A DNA stretch of 64,000 nt from an uncultured Planctomycetales bacterium. GTDB taxonomy: Bacteria > Planctomycetota > UBA1135 > CAZZHK01. The stretch spans positions 35,629 to 99,628 of the forward strand of contig CAZZHK010000007.1 in the NCBI GenBank assembly GCA_964653725.1. Direction: 5' to 3'. Position numbers and translations under genes: made by a program. Below are positions 23,711 through 31,162 of this stretch, piece after piece. The notes below the pieces were generated by a model. The model had not been told where the DNA came from. It saw nothing but the letters and a program-made list of their open reading frames with translations, and ran no database searches. Position 1 is the stretch's first letter; each line of letters opens with the position of its first letter.

Positions 23711-25878
23711 TCGCCCTGGTCCTCGCCCTGGCGCTGGCTCCTGCGCAGGATCCGGCCGAGTCCGCGCGGCGCGTCATCGAGATCGCCCGTGACCAGGACC
23801 GGCTGCGCGACAAGCTGGCACGCTTGGCGGGAAGCATCTCCGCCCTGGAGACCCGGCTGCGGCAGGAGGGACGCGTCAGGGCCGCCGACCTGCTGGAGGA
23901 TGCACGGAGGCGTCTGGCAGCGGCCGGCGAGGACGGCTCCACCCTGGTGGAACGGATGGCACGTGTGGCCGCGGACCTGGAGAAGGGACGCGCCCTGCGC
24001 GCGGCGGTGGAACAGCAGGGATTAGTGACGGAACTGGAGAAGCTGCTGGATGTTCTGCTTGACCGCGGCGGCACGGAGCCCTTCGAGGAACAGGAGGCCG
24101 AGCTGGCCGCCCTGTCTGCAGAGGCGGGAGCGCTGCTGGACGCCGAGCGCGAACTGCGCCGAAGGACGGCCGAACTGGAGGAGTCACTGGTGAACCCCGC
24201 CCGCCTGGCCATCGGCCGGGCCGCCACGGCCCTGGCCCAGGCCCAGGAGGCCGAGGCCCGGGACCGGTCCGAGCCCGCCGATTCACTGCGCGAACTGGCC
24301 CATGACCTGGAGCAGCTGCGCGCCGCCGTACATCCGTTCCGGCAAGCCCTCCCGGAGACAGAGACGGAAGCCGACATGACCGCCGTCGCCATGGCGGGCC
24401 GCGGTCTGGCGCGGGAAGCGGAGCGCATCGGCCGGCTGGCGGGCAACGAGGCAGCCGGACGCAGCGACGAGGCGCCGGAGCAAGGGCCCCTCCTCCAGGC
24501 GGCCCAGCTGCTGGCGGCCGCCGCCGACCAGCTTGATCTGGCCGTGGCCCGGATGCAGGACGGGGCGACTCCCGCCGCACAGGCTTCGGTCCAGGCCGCC
24601 GAACAGGCCCTGGCAGATGCCCAGGAATCGCTGGCCGCGGCGGCAGCCTCCAGGGGCGATGGCGAGGCCGCCGCCCAGGGAGCGAGAGAGGCCGCAGCGC
24701 GGCAGGAGGCCCTGCGCCAGGCGACGGAAGCGCTGCGGGACCAGGCAGTCTCGATGAGTGCCGGCGGCAGCGAGGACGCGGCCCGCATGGCACAGGCGGC
24801 CCAGGCGCTCGAGCGGGCCGTGGCAGAAATGGAAGCAGCGGTCAGGGACATTGAGCGGATGAAGCGTGAGCCGGCGCGGCCCCGCCAGGAGGCGGCGGCG
24901 GAGGCCCTGCGCCAGGCTGGTGCCGCGGCCCGCGGCGGAGCGTCCGGCAGCCAAGAGCAGCGCGGCCAGCTGGCCGAGCAGCAGGAGGAGATCCGCGAGC
25001 GGATCCTTGAACTGGCGAGGCGGATGGCCGAGCGCGGGAACGCCGGGGCTCAGTCTGCGGAGAGCGCCGCTAGTTCCGCCGGCAATGCCGGCGAGCAGCT
25101 GCGGCGAGGCAACCTGGGCGAGGCTCAAGAGGAGGAGCGCGACGTCGAGGAGGCCCTTGAGGACACCGTTGACGAGGTCGAAGAGGAACGCGATCGCTAC
25201 CGGGAGCTGCGCCAGGAGGAGCTGCTGTTCCAGATGTGGGAGGAGCTGAACGGGATGCTCGAACAGCACCGCACCACGATGGTCACGGTGCACGAGGTCG
25301 AGAACGCTCGCGGCAAGCAGGGCAGCGCCCTGCCGCGATCGGCCCGGCTGCGTCTGAGATCGGCCGCCCGCACCGAGGCAGACCTGGCCGGGGACTGCGC
25401 GCGCGTCAGCACCGCGATCAAGGAGGAGGGCGCAGCGGTCTACGCATGGGCCCTCCGTCTCTGCGAAGAGGACCTGAATGCGATCGCCATGGACCTGGGT
25501 CCCGATGGCGGCTGGCAGACGGGCGACCAGGTGCGCAGCAGACAGTCGGACGTGGAGGAGCGGCTGGTCGAACTGCTGGCAGCCCTGGAGTCCGAGCAGC
25601 AGAGCCGCCGCGAGGAGCGCGGCCAGAGACAGGAGTCCCCGGCGTCCCAGCGCCTGGTCTCCGCGGTGGCAGAACTGCGGATGCTGCGCGGCATGCAGGT
25701 GGATGTTCGCGAACGCATCGATTCATTCCTGCGGCTGCACCCCGAGATCGGGGGAGACGACCCTCCGGCACCCCTGCTAGCCGAACTGGACCGACTGGCC
25801 GTCCGCCAGGAACGCATTCACGAGTTATTCTTGGAGTTGAAGGCGGGCTTCGCGCCGCCCACTGAGGACGACAGATGA
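23707..25878 (+). CDS. Secreted Ala/Glu/Arg/Gln-rich coiled-coil protein (723 aa)
   Basis: ATGA overlap with the upstream gene. The signal-like N-terminus is MIALVLALALAPAQDPAE. Long low-complexity helical sequence follows. GC3 is high and the gene is in phase with the operon. Confidence 0.6.
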   Translation: MIALVLALALAPAQDPAESARRVIEIARDQDRLRDKLARLAGSISALETRLRQEGRVRAADLLEDARRRLAAAGEDGSTLVERMARVAADLEKGRALRAAVEQQGLVTELEKLLDVLLDRGGTEPFEEQEAELAALSAEAGALLDAERELRRRTAELEESLVNPARLAIGRAATALAQAQEAEARDRSEPADSLRELAHDLEQLRAAVHPFRQALPETETEADMTAVAMAGRGLAREAERIGRLAGNEAAGRSDEAPEQGPLLQAAQLLAAAADQLDLAVARMQDGATPAAQASVQAAEQALADAQESLAAAAASRGDGEAAAQGAREAAARQEALRQATEALRDQAVSMSAGGSEDAARMAQAAQALERAVAEMEAAVRDIERMKREPARPRQEAAAEALRQAGAAARGGASGSQEQRGQLAEQQEEIRERILELARRMAERGNAGAQSAESAASSAGNAGEQLRRGNLGEAQEEERDVEEALEDTVDEVEEERDRYRELRQEELLFQMWEELNGMLEQHRTTMVTVHEVENARGKQGSALPRSARLRLRSAARTEADLAGDCARVSTAIKEEGAAVYAWALRLCEEDLNAIAMDLGPDGGWQTGDQVRSRQSDVEERLVELLAALESEQQSRREERGQRQESPASQRLVSAVAELRMLRGMQVDVRERIDSFLRLHPEIGGDDPPAPLLAELDRLAVRQERIHELFLELKAGFAPPTEDDR

Positions 25879-26465
25879 TCAGACTTCTCGCTGCGACGAC
25901 GATGGCCGCCACACTGCTGGCCGCGGCCGGTTCCGCCCAGATCCCCGAACAACCGGGTGCCGACAAGATCGCCAAGCTGATAGAGCGCCTGGGCATCGAA
26001 ATGGACGACACGGCCGCCAAGGTCCTGGAGGCGGGCACGCCGGCCTCCGAGTCGTCCTTGCGCAAGACGGCGCTCGAGACCGCGCGCAGCCGCGCCGATG
26101 ACGCCATCGGGACGATCGACGAGATCCTGGACGCCATCCCGCCGCGCGGCTCCGGCAGTTCGTCCTCCAGCGATAGCGGCCGGCCGGGCAACAATTCCTC
26201 AGGGTCCAAGCCCAGGCCCAAGCCGAGTCAGCCCAAGGACAACAAGCCGGATCCCTCTTCTCCCTCCGCCAACCAACCGGCGCCTCCGCAGCTGCCCCAG
26301 GCCCGCGAGCATGCGGACCACGACCTGTCTGCCGGACGGTGGGGCGACCTGCCGGTCCAGGTGCGCGAGTTGTTCAGGAACCCGGACACGGACCGGCTTC
26401 CTCCCCGCTATCGCCGGTGGATCGAGGACTACTACCGCCGAGTTCGGCAACCAGATTCCCGGTAA
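25875..26465 (+). CDS. Small secreted protein with Ser/Pro-rich linker and conserved C-terminal WG.LP...PPRYRRWIEDYYRR motif
   Basis: ATGA overlap with the upstream gene. The signal peptide is MIRLLAATTMAATLLAAAGSAQ. The C-terminal motif resembles DUF4175 C-termini. Confidence 0.6.
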   Translation: MIRLLAATTMAATLLAAAGSAQIPEQPGADKIAKLIERLGIEMDDTAAKVLEAGTPASESSLRKTALETARSRADDAIGTIDEILDAIPPRGSGSSSSSDSGRPGNNSSGSKPRPKPSQPKDNKPDPSSPSANQPAPPQLPQAREHADHDLSAGRWGDLPVQVRELFRNPDTDRLPPRYRRWIEDYYRRVRQPDSR

Positions 26466-27360
26466 TCAGCGCCCCGCCGCCGATCCACAGCCAGAGTCGC
26501 GGTTCGTCGAATCCCAGCCCGAGGGCAATGATCGCCGTCCACACCGGCTCCAGCGCATAGAGAACAGCTGCCCGGACCGGGGCCAGGTCGCGCTGGAACT
26601 GGTTCATCAGTCCCAACGCCAGCAGGGTCGCCAGCAGGCTCGACAGCAGGAGCGGGCGCAGGAATCCAGCATCGGCCATCAGTGCACCAAGACCATCACC
26701 CCCGCCACCCGCCACCACCACCCCCAGACCAAGGCCGCTCAGTACCCCCACCACCGTGAATGACGCCAGGCTGATGGACGCCGGGTGCCTGCGCTTGGTG
26801 ACCCTGTCCGTGACCAGGATGTGGATCGCGAAGAGCACGGCGCACGCCACGGTGGCCGATTCGCCCGGGCCGAAATGGACCTGCGGAGGACCGGAGATGA
26901 ACCCGGCACCGAAAGTGGCCAGGGCCACGCCGAAGATCAGCGCTCTGCCCGGCATCCGCCTCTTGGCTGCGACCGTCAGGAGCAGCGTGAACAGGACGTA
27001 GAGACTTGTGAGAAATGCGCTGACGGACGGAGTGACGCGCTGGAGCCCCCACATCTGGGCCAGGAAGCCCAACAGGAGCACAAGTCCCAGGATGGTCCCG
27101 TCGCTCCAGGTTCCACGGTCCATCTTGCGAACGGATCCGCGCAGCACCAGCGGTGCCAGACCTGCGGCCAGGCCGAACCGCAGCGTCATGAACAGCAGGA
27201 TGACCGGCCACGGCCCGGCCTCCCCCATGTGACGCGCCCCCACGACCATGACCTCCTTCATCCACACGAAGGTCCAGCCCCACAGCAGAGTGACCAGCAG
27301 CAGGGCCCACATGGCCCGGCGCTTTCGCCGGGGATCCGAATCGGTCGAGGCAGCCTCCAT
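26374..27360 (-). CDS. DMT-superfamily (EamA-like) transporter
   Basis: About ten hydrophobic segments, with two EamA-like halves (WGWTFVWMK..., ALEPVWTAIIAL). The start could instead be the Met at 27312. Confidence 0.85.
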   Translation of the reverse strand: MEAASTDSDPRRKRRAMWALLLVTLLWGWTFVWMKEVMVVGARHMGEAGPWPVILLFMTLRFGLAAGLAPLVLRGSVRKMDRGTWSDGTILGLVLLLGFLAQMWGLQRVTPSVSAFLTSLYVLFTLLLTVAAKRRMPGRALIFGVALATFGAGFISGPPQVHFGPGESATVACAVLFAIHILVTDRVTKRRHPASISLASFTVVGVLSGLGLGVVVAGGGGDGLGALMADAGFLRPLLLSSLLATLLALGLMNQFQRDLAPVRAAVLYALEPVWTAIIALGLGFDEPRLWLWIGGGALITGNLVAELGGSSPRSTGDSGEEAGPCPGS

Positions 27361-27383
27361 GGGCCACCCAACCTAGCCCAGCA

Positions 27384-27794
27384 CTAGGCGCTTTCGATCA
27401 TGCGGCCGCAGCAGCCGCACACGAACGGGTGCGACACCGGCGACTCGGTGTCGCGGTAGTCGAACGTCAACTCGTCGCCCACGGCCAGATCGCGCAGCGC
27501 GACCACGTCGCGTCCGCTGATCCGGACGCTGGGACGGCAGGCGTGGTTCATGCGGATGCCTATCGTGTCCTCCACGTGGACGCCGGGACCCACGCGGATC
27601 GAGGTCCGCGTCGGCGTCCTGGACGTCTCGCCCGACAGGGCCCAGACGACCTCGCCCGCGCCCATCTCCTGGGCTGCATAAAGCCCCCAGGCGCCACGCG
27701 TGAACCGGGGGATGGCCCGCCTCAACGCTGCTGCCTCGGCACCGATCCGGTCAGTGTGTCTGCTGCGGTTCGTTCCATGATTTGCGGTCTGCAC
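27384..27794 (-). CDS. Minimal SET-domain protein (putative protein-lysine methyltransferase), 136 aa
   Basis: GLYAAQEMGAGEVV, RMNHACRPS (the NHxC motif), GDELTFDY, and the Cys cluster FVCGCCG at the C-terminus. Confidence 0.75.
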   Translation of the reverse strand: MQTANHGTNRSRHTDRIGAEAAALRRAIPRFTRGAWGLYAAQEMGAGEVVWALSGETSRTPTRTSIRVGPGVHVEDTIGIRMNHACRPSVRISGRDVVALRDLAVGDELTFDYRDTESPVSHPFVCGCCGRMIESA

Positions 27795-27870
27795 AATAGA
27801 TGGCCTCCCAACCGTTGACTAGAATCTCCTTCGTTGTTGCTCTTGTCTATCGAATCATCTTCGTAATCAC

Positions 27871-28365
27871 ATGGAACATTTCGACCTGGACCGAATCGAC
27901 CGCGCACTTCTGGCGGCACTTCAGAAGGATGCTCGGAGAACCAACAAGGAGCTGGCAGCGGAGGTCGGACTGGCCCCCTCCTCATGCCACGCACGGCTCG
28001 CGCGGCTGGTGGAATCAGGCGCCATCACCGGCTTCCACGCCAGAATCAGCCCTCAGGCGCTGGGCATCGGCCTGCAGATGCTGGTGTCGGTCCGCCTGGC
28101 ACAGCACGGCCGCGACACGGTGGCGGCCTTCCACGACCACATCGCCGCGCAGCCCGAAGTGATCGACATCTTCCACCTGGCCGGCGCGGACGACGTGCAG
28201 CTGCATGTAGTGGTCCGTGACGCCGACCACTTGCGCGCCTTCGTGATGAACACCCTCAGCGACCGGCCCGAGGTCGCGCACATGGAATCGCACCTGGTCT
28301 ACGACCACGTGCGGGCCGAGGGGCTGCCGGACCTGACCGAGGGAGCGAAAGAGAAACTGGTCTGA
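27871..28365 (+). CDS. Lrp/AsnC-family transcriptional regulator
   Basis: LDRIDRALLAALQKDARRTNKELAAEVGLAPSSCHARLARLVESGAI is a helix-turn-helix. An AsnC-type ligand domain follows. Confidence 0.9.
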   Translation: MEHFDLDRIDRALLAALQKDARRTNKELAAEVGLAPSSCHARLARLVESGAITGFHARISPQALGIGLQMLVSVRLAQHGRDTVAAFHDHIAAQPEVIDIFHLAGADDVQLHVVVRDADHLRAFVMNTLSDRPEVAHMESHLVYDHVRAEGLPDLTEGAKEKLV

Positions 28366-28388
28366 CCTGTGCGTGCGCCTGGCGAGTC

Positions 28389-29051
28389 TCAGACGACCGC
28401 AGCCAGGGCAGTAAGCCCCTCGGCGGTGCCGCCGCCGGAGCTGTGGATCTCGCGGGCGCCGGTGGCCTCGATGATCCTGGCCGCGTTGTCGGCGCGCAGC
28501 CCTCCGCCCGGCATCACGGTGAGGCGCCCGTCAGCCGCCTCCACCAGTTCCGCCAGGGCCGGCAGATGGTCCGCCGCGTCGCCCCGTCCGCCCGACGTCA
28601 GCACCCGGTCCACGCCCAGACGGACGAGGTCCTCGAGGGCATCCAGCGGCGCGGCGACCTCGTCGAAGGCGCGGTGGAACACGACCTCCAGCGGCCTCGC
28701 CGCCGCCACCAGGCCCTCCATGGCCTCCGCGTCCACCGCTCCGTCCTCCGTCAGCGCGCCCACCGCGACGCCGCCCAGCCGGCACGCCTTGACCGATGCG
28801 ATGTCCGCCAGCAGGGCCTTCAGGTCCTTTGAGCCGTAGACGAAACCTCCCGCCCGATGGCGGACGAGGCCCACGAGCGGCACCCGGACCAGTTTGGCCG
28901 CCAGGACCATGTCCCGCGAGCGCGGCGTCAGGCCGCCGCAGGACAGATCCCGGCACAGCTCGATGCGTCCCGCCCCCGCCCCGGCCGCCGCCACGGCCAG
29001 CCGCGAAGTCTCCACGCACGCTTCCAGAAGGACCGGTTGACGGCATCCCAA
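28389..29051 (-). CDS. cutC: Copper homeostasis protein CutC family
   Basis: LLEACVET...AGRIELC...GGLTPS and the C-terminal IMPGGGL-type motif (VMPGGGLRADN) are present. Confidence 0.85.
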   Translation of the reverse strand: MGCRQPVLLEACVETSRLAVAAAGAGAGRIELCRDLSCGGLTPRSRDMVLAAKLVRVPLVGLVRHRAGGFVYGSKDLKALLADIASVKACRLGGVAVGALTEDGAVDAEAMEGLVAAARPLEVVFHRAFDEVAAPLDALEDLVRLGVDRVLTSGGRGDAADHLPALAELVEAADGRLTVMPGGGLRADNAARIIEATGAREIHSSGGGTAEGLTALAAVV

Positions 29052-29054
29052 CGG

Positions 29055-29474
29055 TCAGGACGTGACTCGCACCGTGTGCTGGCCGACGACCGGGTCGTGC
29101 CAGACGGACAGCACATTGGTGGCGTCATCGAAAGCCCAGGACCAGGTGCCCGGCGCATCGGTCGAATTCACCTGGAGGCCCGCCGCATAGAGCCACTCGT
29201 CGGGCACCGAGATCTCGGTCGGCCCGAACGCGGAGGGAGCACTCGCATAGACGAGAGTGAACTCCCGCGTCTCGTGGTCATACGAGTAGGCCTCGATCCT
29301 GCCCGCCACCGCACTCGGATAGACCCGGATCAGCGGCACCAGGTTGGGCGTCGGGTTCAGGCTGCTGTCCACCATGCCGAATCCCCCGCTGTCGTCCTTG
29401 TCGTAGTCCCACGCCATCCAGCCGGCGCCCAGCGCCAGCGCCAGAAGGGTCAACGCTTTCCGGGACCCGTTCAT
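29055..29474 (-). CDS. Hypothetical secreted/lipoprotein-like protein
   Basis: The signal-like N-terminus is MNGSRKALTLLALALGAGW. GC3 is high. The gene sits 3 nt from cutC. I recognise no family. Confidence 0.55.
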   Translation of the reverse strand: MNGSRKALTLLALALGAGWMAWDYDKDDSGGFGMVDSSLNPTPNLVPLIRVYPSAVAGRIEAYSYDHETREFTLVYASAPSAFGPTEISVPDEWLYAAGLQVNSTDAPGTWSWAFDDATNVLSVWHDPVVGQHTVRVTS

Positions 29475-29507
29475 ACGACTCCGAGGGTAACCAGTGGGGG
29501 GCCGCCC

Positions 29508-30686
29508 CTAGCCGTCGCCGAACAGCGCCAGCGAGGCGGTGAAGCCGTGCAGGAAGGCCTGCCCCCCCACCGGGCCGATCTCGCCGGCCGCATGGAAGCC
29601 CGCCACCGGTGCTTCCCCGAGAGCCTCGGTCACCACCGACACATCGCCGTCGGGACGGCCGTAGAGCCGCTGACCGCGGCCGTTGCAGGCGAAAAGGAGT
29701 CCGGCCGCCGTGCCCGAGGTGTGGGCCGCCAACAGAGTCCGGAGGTCGTCGGTCGAACTGGCCGCATCGCGGATGTGGAACTGCAGCCTCTGGTCTGCCC
29801 GCACCCGCTCGTTGACCGCCACGGCACCGGTCTGGGGTTCGATGCCGATGATTCCGCGGATCAGGAAGTCGCCGCGCGCCAGATCCTCCTTCCAGTCGTC
29901 CACTCCCAGCCCGACATGGAGGCCGCTGCGGGCGGCGTCCTGCTGCTCAGGCGGCAGATCCGACAGCATCTTCTGCAGCACCTCGAGAGCCGGGCGGCTG
30001 TCCAGCGTCTGGATCAGGTTCTCCTTGTGGGCGGTGACGGACAGGGTGCGGCCGATCGGCTGGCAACCCTGGCTGACCACGCAGGTGGCCTCCAGCGGCA
30101 CCTCGGTTCCGGTCAGAAGCGCGCCGACGACCCCCGCATCGAGGAGCCGACCGTCGCCAAACAGCGTCGACGCGCCCTGGAACGAGGCGCCCGATGCGAT
30201 GCCGCCGAACACGGGGCATCCAGGCAGTTCGTTGTTGAGATGATCCAGCAGCGACTCGGCTGGCGTCGAGAACGGGTCGCCCAGGAGCAGGACCGCGGGC
30301 CGCGTGTCACGGCCAGGCAGCGGATCGGGCCAGCCCGACAGCGCGCCCTTCTCGTCCGCGGTCAGGTGGAAGGTCGAGACCTCCACGCCACCGCCCCACC
30401 GGGCCAGCCACAGCACCAGGCCCGGGCTCCCCTCGATCTCGCGGCCCTCGCCGATGACCCCCTCTGCGGTGCAGCCGATCCAGCCGCCGGCGGGCGAAAT
30501 TCTGTCGTCGATGCCGCGGGCCAGTTCCGCGAAGGCGCTGGCGTGGTGGTGGGTGGAGAACACGCAGGCCAGGTCCGGAGCGCCGTGGTCGGCTGTCCAG
30601 GCGGCACCGCGCGACAGGAGCTCCTCGACGGCGTCGCCGGGGTCGCCATGGGTCGAAAGGAATGCGCCCGCGTCCATGGCGGCCAT
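29508..30686 (-). CDS. FIST-domain sensor protein (FIST_N + FIST_C)
   Basis: The C-terminal LLFACNGRGQRLYG...AGFHAAGEIGPVGGQAFLHGFTASLALF is typical of FIST_C. Confidence 0.8.
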   Translation of the reverse strand: MAAMDAGAFLSTHGDPGDAVEELLSRGAAWTADHGAPDLACVFSTHHHASAFAELARGIDDRISPAGGWIGCTAEGVIGEGREIEGSPGLVLWLARWGGGVEVSTFHLTADEKGALSGWPDPLPGRDTRPAVLLLGDPFSTPAESLLDHLNNELPGCPVFGGIASGASFQGASTLFGDGRLLDAGVVGALLTGTEVPLEATCVVSQGCQPIGRTLSVTAHKENLIQTLDSRPALEVLQKMLSDLPPEQQDAARSGLHVGLGVDDWKEDLARGDFLIRGIIGIEPQTGAVAVNERVRADQRLQFHIRDAASSTDDLRTLLAAHTSGTAAGLLFACNGRGQRLYGRPDGDVSVVTEALGEAPVAGFHAAGEIGPVGGQAFLHGFTASLALFGDG

Positions 30687-30791
30687 TAGACACCGCGGCG
30701 GCCCCGGATTCCCGCGTCAAGGATGGACCAGGGCCGCCAGGCCGTCGGAAAGAACCAGGCCCAGCGGGTTGGCCCCCGCGTCGATCACGGC

Positions 30792-31067
30792 CTACTGCGC
30801 GTAGACGGTGGCGCCGGCCAGGTGGGGATCAGCGGGCACCGCCACCGGCAGTGTCAACGACCCGTTGGCGCCCGCGCATCCCGCGCCGTAGGCCGACGGC
30901 AGGTCCGGCAGGTCGTCCAGGAACAGGATCCAGACCGCCCCGCCGACCGACCTCGGAGGCCTCGCGGCCTCCGCCGGCCTGATCGGCGACGGCTGGTGGT
31001 ACGCACTGGCCTCGACCGACAGTCTTCCTCCCGCACAGGCCTCCCTGATGGCCCTGCTCGGCGTCAC
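30792..31067 (-). pseudogene. Orphan fragment of the C-terminal module found on the FG-GAP and HAF proteins
   Basis: The ORF ends ...LPSAYGAGCAGANGSLTLPVAVPADPHLAGATVYAQ*. This resembles ...PLPGCAGVALD...ADADGRIELPLGVPASVAGIPLLLQAV in 45858..47210. It lies in an otherwise gene-less 476-bp gap. Confidence 0.3.
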
Positions 31068-31162
31068 GCTGGCCGAACGGCCGCTCCGCGAAGCCGTGTT
31101 CGACGTGCTCTAGCGGCGGGCTGTGGTAGAACCGCCGCCGCCCCGATCCGGGGCCGCGCGCC

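Noticed and set aside
27795-27870. TTGACT / TAGAAT-like hexamers between the SET gene and the lrp gene as a sigma-70 promoter
   Set aside because: The two hexamers are directly adjacent (ttgactagaatc), with no ~17-bp spacer. The region is AT-rich and probably holds promoters, but I cannot place them.
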